Assembly: GCA_016183065.1 (NCBI GenBank)
Contig: JACPFF010000005.1
Span: forward strand, 21 to 64,020
Direction: 5' to 3'
Length of the DNA stretch: 64,000 nt
Source of the DNA: Deltaproteobacteria bacterium
GTDB lineage: Bacteria; UBA10199; GCA-002796325; JACPFF01
The notes under the pieces are model-generated. The model saw nothing but the letters and a program-made list of their open reading frames with translations. It searched no databases and was not told where the DNA came from. The translations under genes and the position numbers were made by a program. Shown here one piece after another: positions 38,899 to 47,772 of this stretch (the first letter of the stretch is position 1; the number at the start of each line of letters is the position of its first letter).

Positions 38899-38974
38899 GA
38901 GGGGAGTATAGTCTCTCGCGAGGCAGACGCAATCTTTGTCTGTCGCCCGCATTTTGCACTGCAACGAATCCGTT

Positions 38975-39391
38975 TTACGCGGTGGTGTATGCCCGAAAAC
39001 CCGCGATGGCAAAGTGGTGGTCAAAGGTAAAGGCGGTTTCCAATTTCCGTGCCGTCATTACGGCAAACGAGACGGCATCCGTCATCGAAAACGCTTGGTC
39101 GGCAAAGCGCTCCAGCCATTCCAATGCCGAAATTTCGATCTCTCGTGTCACCGAAAACACGTCAAGGCGGTGCGAGCCGTAGATTTCCCGCGCCACCTGC
39201 AGCCCTCCCTTGGCATTGATCCGGTACGAAAGCAGCGTAATGAGCTCGGCAACGACGAAGTTGGTGGTCAGACACGCTACGCCACGCGTGGCAATCTCCC
39301 GCCACGTCTTCACCGCCCCTGCATGATGCGCATCCCGAGCCACATATCGGGCATAAAAGGCCCCGGTGTCGATAAACAGGCTCTGTGTCAA
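38975..39391 (-). CDS. vapC: PIN-domain toxin (VapC)
   Basis: FIDTGA...E...SMTDAVSF...TFD.HF. Confidence 0.92.
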   Translation of the reverse strand: MTQSLFIDTGAFYARYVARDAHHAGAVKTWREIATRGVACLTTNFVVAELITLLSYRINAKGGLQVAREIYGSHRLDVFSVTREIEISALEWLERFADQAFSMTDAVSFAVMTARKLETAFTFDHHFAIAGFRAYTTA

Positions 39392-39630
39392 TGCGGTCCC
39401 CGCTGCAGCAAATAGTGGTCGTGATGCTGCGCCTCATCGGTCGGACCATGCTCCTGAAAGATCGTCTGACTGGCAAAAAAGGAATCCTGGCCGGTTTTAC
39501 CGCGAAGGATCAGGAGGTATTTTTCCAGGACCTGACGCACCATTTCCCCGAACGAAATCCCCTTTTTGTGTGCTGCACGCTCTAAGGCTGATTTGACCGT
39601 CTCAGGCAGCATGATCGTTGTTCTGTGCAT
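39388..39630 (-). CDS. vapB: CopG/RHH antitoxin (VapB)
   Basis: RTTIMLP...GISFGEMVRQVL; overlaps vapC; TTGCAT-16-TATAAT promoter with an 8-bp inverted repeat. Confidence 0.85.
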   Translation of the reverse strand: MHRTTIMLPETVKSALERAAHKKGISFGEMVRQVLEKYLLILRGKTGQDSFFASQTIFQEHGPTDEAQHHDHYLLQRGPH

Positions 39631-39779
39631 ATATATTATTATAATTATGACATAATATAATGCAAGAGGAATCTTGTGTGGTCAGATGCAGCATCGCCTC
39701 TGGCTGATGGGGGCCCTGATGGGGATGAGGTACATACCTTGCAAAAAAAACGCGGAAAGAGGTGTCCGCATCACTCCGT

Positions 39780-40385
39780 CTATGGCCACAAGAACGAGAA
39801 CCCGCCGGTAAAGGTGGTGTCGACATCAAACCGCGCGCCTTGCGGGCGCGGAGTCATGTGGGCGTAATTGTTGACATCGATCACCACGGCATACCATGAG
39901 GCCCGTGGATAGAGTTTGACCCCGCCGCCGAGGACGCCCATCGGCTCCCATACGGCATTGAGCTGCATGCTGCCGGCCCCCACGGTCAGATAAAAATCCA
40001 TTTCGACCATCCTGCGCCCAAGGCGGAGCGCGGCATCGTTGGAGATCAACACCTCGCCACTCACCATGTGAATGTCGCGCGTCGTGAGACTCTGGCCATA
40101 AGCCCCGCTGGCATCGGCTCTGTTGCGGACATAACCGTAGTGCGCGCCCAGCGCCCATGTCTCATTGACATGGTATCGGCCCCTGGCGCCGGCCGTCCAC
40201 GTCTGGCCGAGATGGCGCCCCAGATAACTCCCGCCATAGGGATTCAATTCCCATTGATGACATGCCCGGTGGCGCATGGCGGGATCGAGTGCCATCGAGA
40301 GAGAAGTCGTTGCCTCGGCGCCCTGGAGTGACATCGCGAGGCACCCGATGAACGTCAACAGGAAGAGCGATGGGCCATGGCGCAT
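39780..40385 (-). CDS. Outer membrane beta-barrel protein
   Basis: Signal peptide, amphipathic strands, DFYLTVGAG, terminal GFSF. Confidence 0.75.
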   Translation of the reverse strand: MRHGPSLFLLTFIGCLAMSLQGAEATTSLSMALDPAMRHRACHQWELNPYGGSYLGRHLGQTWTAGARGRYHVNETWALGAHYGYVRNRADASGAYGQSLTTRDIHMVSGEVLISNDAALRLGRRMVEMDFYLTVGAGSMQLNAVWEPMGVLGGGVKLYPRASWYAVVIDVNNYAHMTPRPQGARFDVDTTFTGGFSFLWP

Positions 40386-40409
40386 GGCCGCTCTCTATAC
40401 AGAAATCCT

Positions 40410-42365
40410 CTATGCCGCAATCCCTTCTCGTGATGCGGCACTGGCAAAGGCTCGGCACACAGCCTCAACGGAATCGATGCCACCCTGCAGGACCCGCGAG
40501 GCCACATGCCGCAGCGTGGTTGATTGAATCGGCAGTGGGAGGAACGAGAGCAATCGACGCATCTGTTGATTGTCCACCGCATCCTGGCTGATCACCACGC
40601 GGAGGACCATCCATGCTTCCTCATCGGTCCCAGGCCGCCATGTCGTGATCCGGCGCCCAATGTCCTGTTCGAGCTTCGCGGCACCGTGGGCGCGAAGCGT
40701 CTCCAGCTGCTGCAACGAGGCGATCCCCCTGGCGGCCGTGCCGTTGCCAGGAAGATGGCTCCTCCCGTCCGCTGTCACACCAAGTGCATCGCAGGCACTT
40801 TGAAACAACTCCTGCTCCCATCGAAGCCTACGCCCGTGCGGGATATATTCGGGAATCGTCGCCAGCGGATTCGTCTCAACAAAGAGCAAACTCGCCGTCG
40901 CAAAGTCGCTGGCCGCCCAGCCGCGGAGCATGGCCATCCGGTATTCCATGCCAATCGTTTGCGATCGGAGATATCGTTGCCACATGGCATAGAGTACCAA
41001 CCAATCGATCACCACCGGCACCCCACTCGGCAGGGAAGGGTCTCCCTCCATTCTCTTCTCAAACGCCGCCACGTCCGTGGATGTCGCATGGACACTCCGT
41101 AACCAATCAGATAACTGCGCCACCCGTGACGGCCGCAAAGATCGGTGTTCGTCTTCCGACCCGGCAGGCCGTGCAGTAGTGAACGGTGACGGCGATTGCG
41201 CGGTGCGGATGGAGGGGTGGTCAATACGGTCAAAAGAGATCTCCAGAGAAAATGTGGAATCGTTCAGCACGCTCCGCAGCACCCCTTCGAGCATCTGCAA
41301 ACACTCTGGCGACGTCCCCGAGAGCGGCGCGTGGCTGATACGCTCTGTCCCCTCCGGAGTATCCTGCCACTGTTTTGTTCGCTCTGCGGTAATCGCGGCA
41401 CGCCATGCACTGAGGATCTGTGGGATGAGGACCTTGCGATGCTGGTGTTCCCCCTTTGGGATGTCGATCAACCCCTGATGGTTCAGATGCCGGTCAATCA
41501 CCCAGCGGAGGGCTGTCACGACATGAAAGGCCCGCAATCGTTCCAACAACACGCCGATAGCCTGCAGCCCACCCGATCCAAATGCATAACTGAAGATCGC
41601 CATGATATCTCGGGCATCGCGTTGGGTCCGTTTCACTGACGGGCCAAATAAAAGCTGGCCCAAGGCCGTGACCCGATTGCAGGCCGTGCTGGCCCTGGCC
41701 GCAACCCACTGTTCGACGAAGGCCTCTATCGGTCCCTGCCAGTGCGATGTGACGGGACCCGCTGGCCCGACCTGGGCGTGGCCCGCGCGTTCGAGGGCCG
41801 CCATGACAAATCGAACCCCTTCTGCGGCAAGTTGCGCATCAAAAATGTGCCCCTCGCGTTGCGCCGCTTCACGGAGGGCCGCGGCCAATTGATCGGGAAA
41901 CTCCGTCACCGCGAGTTTCTGCAAAAAAGCGAGGACCATCATTCGCAGGTGCCGTAGCTGCCGGGTCTGCGTCTGTGGCACGACATGGAGCACGGCGTCG
42001 GCGATACGCCCTGCAGGAACGTCTGCCGCGCGCCGATGGACGGTGGCAGAGAGGGCCCGAAAAAGGAGTCGTCCGTGGTGGACGCGATGCTGTTTTGTCG
42101 TATCGGCGCGGGCGGCCCACTGGGCCAGGGCCTGCGAGGCACGATCGATGAGCCCCTCTTCGGATGTAGGACCATGGGGCGCGCGTGCGCCGAGTCTGCG
42201 CACGGGTCCATGCCAGAGTCGCAAGGCCTGCGGCGGAACAATACGGGGAGCGTGCCCCCCTGCCAACACCGTCCGGCCTGTTGACACCGTTCTCCGGGCC
42301 GCGAAAGATGCAGAACGTCCTGCAACCCCCGAGAATCCTACGTTCGCAGCGCCTTTTATCGTCAT
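40410..42365 (-). CDS. Large orphan protein
   Basis: GGAGGA RBS before ATG 42365; Arg/Gly/Ala-rich N-terminus; preceded by the promoter motif. Confidence 0.7.
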   Translation of the reverse strand: MTIKGAANVGFSGVAGRSASFAARRTVSTGRTVLAGGHAPRIVPPQALRLWHGPVRRLGARAPHGPTSEEGLIDRASQALAQWAARADTTKQHRVHHGRLLFRALSATVHRRAADVPAGRIADAVLHVVPQTQTRQLRHLRMMVLAFLQKLAVTEFPDQLAAALREAAQREGHIFDAQLAAEGVRFVMAALERAGHAQVGPAGPVTSHWQGPIEAFVEQWVAARASTACNRVTALGQLLFGPSVKRTQRDARDIMAIFSYAFGSGGLQAIGVLLERLRAFHVVTALRWVIDRHLNHQGLIDIPKGEHQHRKVLIPQILSAWRAAITAERTKQWQDTPEGTERISHAPLSGTSPECLQMLEGVLRSVLNDSTFSLEISFDRIDHPSIRTAQSPSPFTTARPAGSEDEHRSLRPSRVAQLSDWLRSVHATSTDVAAFEKRMEGDPSLPSGVPVVIDWLVLYAMWQRYLRSQTIGMEYRMAMLRGWAASDFATASLLFVETNPLATIPEYIPHGRRLRWEQELFQSACDALGVTADGRSHLPGNGTAARGIASLQQLETLRAHGAAKLEQDIGRRITTWRPGTDEEAWMVLRVVISQDAVDNQQMRRLLSFLPLPIQSTTLRHVASRVLQGGIDSVEAVCRAFASAASREGIAA

Positions 42366-42393
42366 CAATCCTCCACGGCAGCCCCTAGCAAGA

Positions 42394-42420
42394 GCTTCGG
42401 CCCCCCGCAAGGATAGTTGC
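42394..42420 (-). promoter_or_regulatory. Sigma28-like promoter motif
   Basis: GCAACT-N13-GCCGAAGC; a second variant GCAGAC-N13-GCCGATAG at 42543-42569. Confidence 0.6.
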
Positions 42421-42575
42421 GTCGGTCGAAGACGAGAGCATGGCGCAGATGCACTGCAATGGCTCGTGGCTCGTTATTGGTGGACATGCGCCGCTTTTCC
42501 ATTAGACTGGTCGCATCGAATACACTCCATCACCACATGATCCTATCGGCATGGCGGATCAGTGTCTGCCTCATG

Positions 42576-42613
42576 TGTGGGGCTCCACGGCCCAGCGCGC
42601 ACGGCGCACGAGA
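42576..42613. repeat. GC-rich intergenic repeat, partial copy 3
   Basis: TGTGGGGCTCCACGGCCCAGCGCGCACGGCGCACGAGA. Confidence 0.7.
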
Positions 42614-42619
42614 AATTTC

Positions 42620-44449
42620 ATGACCAGAGCAACGAACACGAGCATCCGAAACATTGCCATTATTGCCCACGTCGATCACGGAAAAACGACGTTGGTCGAT
42701 GCCCTTTTCCGACAGTGCGGCTCCCTGAGCAATCTGAGTCAGATGATGCAGCAGGAGCGCGTGATGGACAACCTGGACCTGGAACGGGAGCGCGGCATCA
42801 CCATTGCCGCAAAAAATTGCTCGGTCGAGTACCAGGGAATCAAGATCAACATCATCGATACGCCGGGCCACGCGGACTTTGGCGGCGAGGTGGAACGCGC
42901 CCTCACCATGGCCGACGGCGCCATCCTTCTCGTCGATGCCGCCGAAGGGCCCCTTCCGCAGACGCGATTTGTGCTGGAAAAGGCGCTGCAGGCGGGGCTC
43001 ACCATGATGGTCATCATCAACAAGATCGACCGGCGCGATGCGCGACCGGAAGAGGTCCTTGACGAGATCTACGGGCTCTTTATCGATCTGGGCGCGCATG
43101 ATGCGCAGATCGACTTTCCCGTCTATTACGCCATCGGACGTGACGGCATTGTCAGGCGTTCTCTGGAGGGGACGGAAACGGACCTCTCCGCACTCTTTGC
43201 GGGGATCATCGAACATGTTCCACCGCCACAGTATGACACGGAGGAACCGTTCCAGATGCTCGTTTGCAACATCGGGTATTCCGACTACACTGGTCGCCTC
43301 GCGATCGGGCGAGTCTTTCACGGGACCGTCAGGAAAAATGACCGTCTCGTCTGCATGACAAAAGGTGGCGCGATTGTGCCGCTCACCGTCACCACGTTGC
43401 AGGTCTACGACGGGACCAGGATCATCAATGTGGATCAAGCGGTGCCCGGCGAAATCGTTGTGCTGGCTGGCGCCAATGATGTGACGATCGGCGACACGAT
43501 CTGCCATGCCGAACGCCCAAAGGCCCTCCCCCGCGTGCGCGTCGACGAACCGACCGTGGCCATGCAGTTCATGGGGAACTCCTCGCCGCTCGCCGGACGC
43601 GAGGGGGCGTGGGTGCAAACCCGCCGCATCTTCGAACGACTGCAGAAAGAGGCGCTCTTTAACGTGGCCATCGAGGTCGATACGGTCTGTCAGGGCGATC
43701 GCTTTTCGGTCAAAGGACGCGGGGAATTCCAGCTGGCCGTGATCATCGAAACCATGCGACGCGAGGGGTACGAACTGTGCGTCGGGCGCCCGCAGATCCT
43801 CTTCCACCAGGAAGAGGGGATCCAGAAAGAACCGATCGAACATCTCGTGATCGATTGCGAGGAATGCTACACCGGTGTCATCACGGAAAAGCTCGCTCTG
43901 CGCAAGGGCCGCATGGTCAACATGCGGCCGTTTGGGACAGGACGTGTGCGGCTTGAGTTCTCGATCCCCACACGCGGGCTGATCGGTTACCGGAGCGAGT
44001 TTCTCACGGATACCAAAGGGAACGGGATTATGAGTGCGTTTGTGGAGGGCTATGAACCGCATCGTGGACCGATCGTCTCCCGCACCACGGGCTCACTGGT
44101 GGCGGATCGCGCGGGAAGCGCAGTCCCCTACGCCCTCTTCAATCTGGAGCCCCGCGGACGACTCTTTGTCGTCCCCGGTGATCCGGTCTACGAAGGGATG
44201 GTCATCGGTGAACATACGCGCGACAACGATCTGAATGTGAATCCGACAAAAGAAAAGAAGCTCACCAATATGCGCGCCGCGGGCCGCGACGAAAACGTCA
44301 TCCTGACGCCCGTGCTCTCCCTCACCCTGGAACAGGCGATTGAATTCATCAAGGACGATGAACTCGTCGAGGTGACGCCAAAATCGATCCGCCTCCGCAA
44401 GATGCATCTGGATCCCTTTGAGCGGAAAACCCGCGCAAGAAGTGCCTAG
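42620..44449 (+). CDS. typA: Translational GTPase TypA/BipA
   Basis: IAHVDHGKTT, RGITI, DTPGHADFGGEVER, KKLTNMRA, EVTP.SIRLRK. Confidence 0.98.
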   Translation: MTRATNTSIRNIAIIAHVDHGKTTLVDALFRQCGSLSNLSQMMQQERVMDNLDLERERGITIAAKNCSVEYQGIKINIIDTPGHADFGGEVERALTMADGAILLVDAAEGPLPQTRFVLEKALQAGLTMMVIINKIDRRDARPEEVLDEIYGLFIDLGAHDAQIDFPVYYAIGRDGIVRRSLEGTETDLSALFAGIIEHVPPPQYDTEEPFQMLVCNIGYSDYTGRLAIGRVFHGTVRKNDRLVCMTKGGAIVPLTVTTLQVYDGTRIINVDQAVPGEIVVLAGANDVTIGDTICHAERPKALPRVRVDEPTVAMQFMGNSSPLAGREGAWVQTRRIFERLQKEALFNVAIEVDTVCQGDRFSVKGRGEFQLAVIIETMRREGYELCVGRPQILFHQEEGIQKEPIEHLVIDCEECYTGVITEKLALRKGRMVNMRPFGTGRVRLEFSIPTRGLIGYRSEFLTDTKGNGIMSAFVEGYEPHRGPIVSRTTGSLVADRAGSAVPYALFNLEPRGRLFVVPGDPVYEGMVIGEHTRDNDLNVNPTKEKKLTNMRAAGRDENVILTPVLSLTLEQAIEFIKDDELVEVTPKSIRLRKMHLDPFERKTRARSA

Positions 44450-44452
44450 GAC

Positions 44453-45274
44453 TCAGTCACGCTTGCGGAGAAATTTCGCAACGACGTCAACGAAGTCCGT
44501 TGGGGCCTCGAGAAAGGGGAAGTGGCCGGTCTGTGGAAGCTCCACGTAGGCCATCTGTGGCACGTATGTGCGCCATGCGGTGGCGAGCGCCTTGGGGACG
44601 CGATAATCGTGCGATCCATGGATCGCCAGGACCGGTCGTGTGAACCCGCGCAGCGCCTCACCGCAGTGGATCCTGGTCGCACTCCCGGTCGATTCCAGAT
44701 AGGGACGCACCCGGTAGATCACGCGGGAAAACGGCGTACAATCGGCATGGCAAGGATCGGCAAAAAAAAGCGGTGCAATTTTCAAAAAAGCCTCGCGATA
44801 GTCGGCATCGTTTGTCAACCCCGCGAGAAACATCTCGACGCCGCTGTTGATCTCCGGATCGTCCAGTTCACGGATCTTGGCAAACCATTCGGGGGCCTCG
44901 AAGGGATAGTACGGAAAACTACTGACCACGATCAGCGATTGGCATTGCCCGGGGTAGCGGCTCGCGTAGGCTGCGGCGAGAAGCCCCCCGCCGGAGTGGC
45001 CCAGAAGCGACCAGCGGTCCCAACCGTACTCGCGACGAATGGCCTCGAGGTCTTCCACCAGCGTCTCGAGTGAAAAGGTCCATGCCGCATCAATGGGGGA
45101 ACGCCCCTGTCCGCGCAGATCGAGATAGAGGAGCTGGGCAGCGCACGCCAAGGGATCGAGGGCTGGACGGAAATAGGTATGATCGAGCCCAAACCCACCG
45201 TGAAGACAGACGAGTGGCGGACCTTCCCCGAGCCGGACTCCATAATAGTGTGTATCGCGGCAGGGGATCAGCAT
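44453..45274 (-). CDS. Alpha/beta hydrolase (proline iminopeptidase-like)
   Basis: HGG.G, DLRGQGRS, GHSGGG, G.HD, GHFPF. Confidence 0.88.
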   Translation of the reverse strand: MLIPCRDTHYYGVRLGEGPPLVCLHGGFGLDHTYFRPALDPLACAAQLLYLDLRGQGRSPIDAAWTFSLETLVEDLEAIRREYGWDRWSLLGHSGGGLLAAAYASRYPGQCQSLIVVSSFPYYPFEAPEWFAKIRELDDPEINSGVEMFLAGLTNDADYREAFLKIAPLFFADPCHADCTPFSRVIYRVRPYLESTGSATRIHCGEALRGFTRPVLAIHGSHDYRVPKALATAWRTYVPQMAYVELPQTGHFPFLEAPTDFVDVVAKFLRKRD

Positions 45275-45417
45275 GCCGGGAGGTGTAATGGAAGCAATGG
45301 GGAATTGCCAGTGGCGTGTCCCCATCCCCCTCCTACGCAAGACCCACGGGCCATTCCGCTTGACGCGCAGGTTGGGTAACGATAGGCGTCTGTCACCAGA
45401 CGGGAAATGGAGGCACC

Positions 45418-46662
45418 ATGCGGGCATCAGGGCATATAACACAAGGACTACCACCATTGTTGGCCACACGCGCCTGGAATGCTGGCGTGGTGCGACAATG
45501 GGAGGCGCGACATCTGATAACTGCATCACGGTATTTCTGGAATCGACGTGGAGGTGCCGCACGGCTGGCGGCCCGGGATACGCCGTTTACGACTGACTCT
45601 CTTGGCCGAGCACTCTCGAGTCTTCCTCTAGAAAATCCCGCACGACGATATTATGAACGATTGAATCCCGGTCTACCGACTCTCTCGCGGAAATTGGCTG
45701 CTGCGGCGCCAGGGAGCAAATTTGCGTGGTATGCGCATGAGGTCGATGCCGCCGATGGGGTGAACACCGGTTCCTGGTTCTTTGGCACGCCATATCCACA
45801 ACTCACGGTGACCAGAGCCGCTCGGGCGCTCGCTTATCTGATGGCCGGTCACGTCGAGTTGGATTATCCCGGAGATTATTGTACCAGAGCAAAGAGCTAT
45901 TGTGTCGACCTCTCGCAACCGCCAGATCTCGGGCTCACGGCGACACTTCGTGACCCGGAGCGCTCACCGCTGACGGCGTACGTGAATAATCGGGGCGTGC
46001 TGACAGGCGATGCGCTGTGGCATGCCGAGCGGGTGGCCGTGCATCTTTGGGACCAGGCCTACCAACTTTTTGATCTTCAGGACGTGGCATGGCAGCATTA
46101 TGATCTGCGCGTATCGAGCGACCTTTTTGCCGCCACGCTGGCCGACATGGTCCGCGTCTGGAGCGACGGCGTCCGGGAGAGAGGCGGACCGCTCCTCGCC
46201 ACAGGGGTCGACACCCTGCTCGCGCGTCTGGCTGAAACCCCGGGCGCGGCGCTGCGTAACTGGCAAGAGAGGCAACTGCAAGCGGCCGTCGCCAAATTGA
46301 CAGCCGATGAAGCGGCGCAGCGAACGATAGTCTCTGCAGTGATGGCCTATTGGGATCCCTTGACGCTGAATGGAGACGCCCCGTACATGGCAAGGGCAAA
46401 GGCAATCGACGCCATTGGCTGGAGTGGAACGATTCCCCTTGCACTGCTGAAATCGAACGCACCAATGACTTATGCCCGATTTCTGGCCTGGAATGCGGAG
46501 CATCCGAGGGAGACGCTCACTGGTAGGGATTTTTACAACGGCTGCATTGCAGACACCGTCCGCGACCGGTGGTCGGTCGACCGTCTCAAGGCATCGGCCC
46601 AGAGACTGGTCAATGCCTGGTATGCCCGATACGAACGGCAGCACGAGCGCCTTGAGGGATAG
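45418..46662 (+). CDS. Hypothetical protein
   Basis: 414 aa ORF with GGAGG RBS; no family recognised. Confidence 0.65.
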   Translation: MRASGHITQGLPPLLATRAWNAGVVRQWEARHLITASRYFWNRRGGAARLAARDTPFTTDSLGRALSSLPLENPARRYYERLNPGLPTLSRKLAAAAPGSKFAWYAHEVDAADGVNTGSWFFGTPYPQLTVTRAARALAYLMAGHVELDYPGDYCTRAKSYCVDLSQPPDLGLTATLRDPERSPLTAYVNNRGVLTGDALWHAERVAVHLWDQAYQLFDLQDVAWQHYDLRVSSDLFAATLADMVRVWSDGVRERGGPLLATGVDTLLARLAETPGAALRNWQERQLQAAVAKLTADEAAQRTIVSAVMAYWDPLTLNGDAPYMARAKAIDAIGWSGTIPLALLKSNAPMTYARFLAWNAEHPRETLTGRDFYNGCIADTVRDRWSVDRLKASAQRLVNAWYARYERQHERLEG

Positions 46663-46851
46663 CCTGATCTCCATCACACCGCCGAGGCCCGCTGCGCGCA
46701 ATATCCCGTGGGGCGCAGTGTGACTGTTTACCATGATCCATTCAGACCGGAAGAAGCATGTCTTGAGCAAAACAGCGAGGTCTCTACCTTGGGATACGCT
46801 GTTGGCGTGGCATTTTTCGGTGCTGGCCTGTGGGTTTTTAACGTCGTATAA
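46663..46851 (+). pseudogene. DUF3592-like C-terminal fragment
   Basis: Manual translation QYPVGRSVTVYHDPFRPEEACLE plus a TM helix; no upstream start codon of its own. Confidence 0.6.
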
Positions 46852-46941
46852 ATCAATAACTGTTTACTGAAAAAAACGTTTTTTGATCAATTTTTCAACT
46901 TCCTCGTTGCCTTGCCCTGCAAAGCGGCTATCCGTCCGCAG

Positions 46942-47772
46942 ATGCAAAGCGTCTACACCTATGATGATTACCGGGCATATCTCCGCGATGTCATTGCGAC
47001 AAAAAAGCGGACATCGCGGACGTTTTCTTATCGACAATTCAACCAGCGGGCGGGACTCAAATCCTCGGGACATCTGAAGTTGATCATCGATGGCGCCCGA
47101 AACTTGAGCCAGGAAACCATCTACCGTCTCACACGCGGCCTCGGTCTCTCGGAACCGGAATCCCGTTTCTTTGAGAGCCTCGTCCATTTCAATCAATCGA
47201 AGACGCACGACGAGAAGGATTTTCACTATCAGCAGCTCCTGACCAAATACCCGCCGCGCCATGCGCAATTGCTGGATGCCGATTATTACCACCTCTTCTC
47301 GCACTGGTACACCATTGCCATTCTGGAACTCATCCGCATTGAGGCCTGCGCAGCCAATGCAGCCCGCATTGCCAAACACCTCAAACCGAACGTCCCTGCC
47401 AACAAGATCCGCCAGTCGCTCAAGTTGCTCGAACAGAGCGGGATGATTCGTTGTGTCGGCGCTCGTTATGAGCGGACAGAGAAGATGCTGACCACGTCGG
47501 ATGCCGTGCGGAGCCTCGCGGTCACGAAATTTCATGAACAGGTCACCGAGCTCGCCCTGCAGGCCTTGAAGCACGACCCGGTCCCGGAGAAGGAGTTTTC
47601 CTCGTTGACCATCGCAATTGCCCGGGAGGATCTGCCGCAGCTCAAGCAGCGGATCCAGGAGTTTCGTCGGTACATCCATGCGTTGATTGAACATTCAGAG
47701 CGCCCCCGCACCGATGTGGCGCAACTCAATATCCACCTCTTTACCATGACCTCACAGGGAGATGACGTATGA
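46942..47772 (+). CDS. TIGR02147 family protein (HTH regulator-like)
   Basis: DYRAYL...FSYRQF...G.RNL...WY..AI.EL...QLNI.LF. Confidence 0.88.
   Translation: MQSVYTYDDYRAYLRDVIATKKRTSRTFSYRQFNQRAGLKSSGHLKLIIDGARNLSQETIYRLTRGLGLSEPESRFFESLVHFNQSKTHDEKDFHYQQLLTKYPPRHAQLLDADYYHLFSHWYTIAILELIRIEACAANAARIAKHLKPNVPANKIRQSLKLLEQSGMIRCVGARYERTEKMLTTSDAVRSLAVTKFHEQVTELALQALKHDPVPEKEFSSLTIAIAREDLPQLKQRIQEFRRYIHALIEHSERPRTDVAQLNIHLFTMTSQGDDV

Noticed and set aside
42530-44062. 510-aa minus-strand ORF
   Set aside because: Antisense shadow of typA
45275-45562. N-terminal extension of the alpha/beta hydrolase ORF
   Set aside because: Overlaps the divergent gene at 45418; hydrolase similarity starts near 45274
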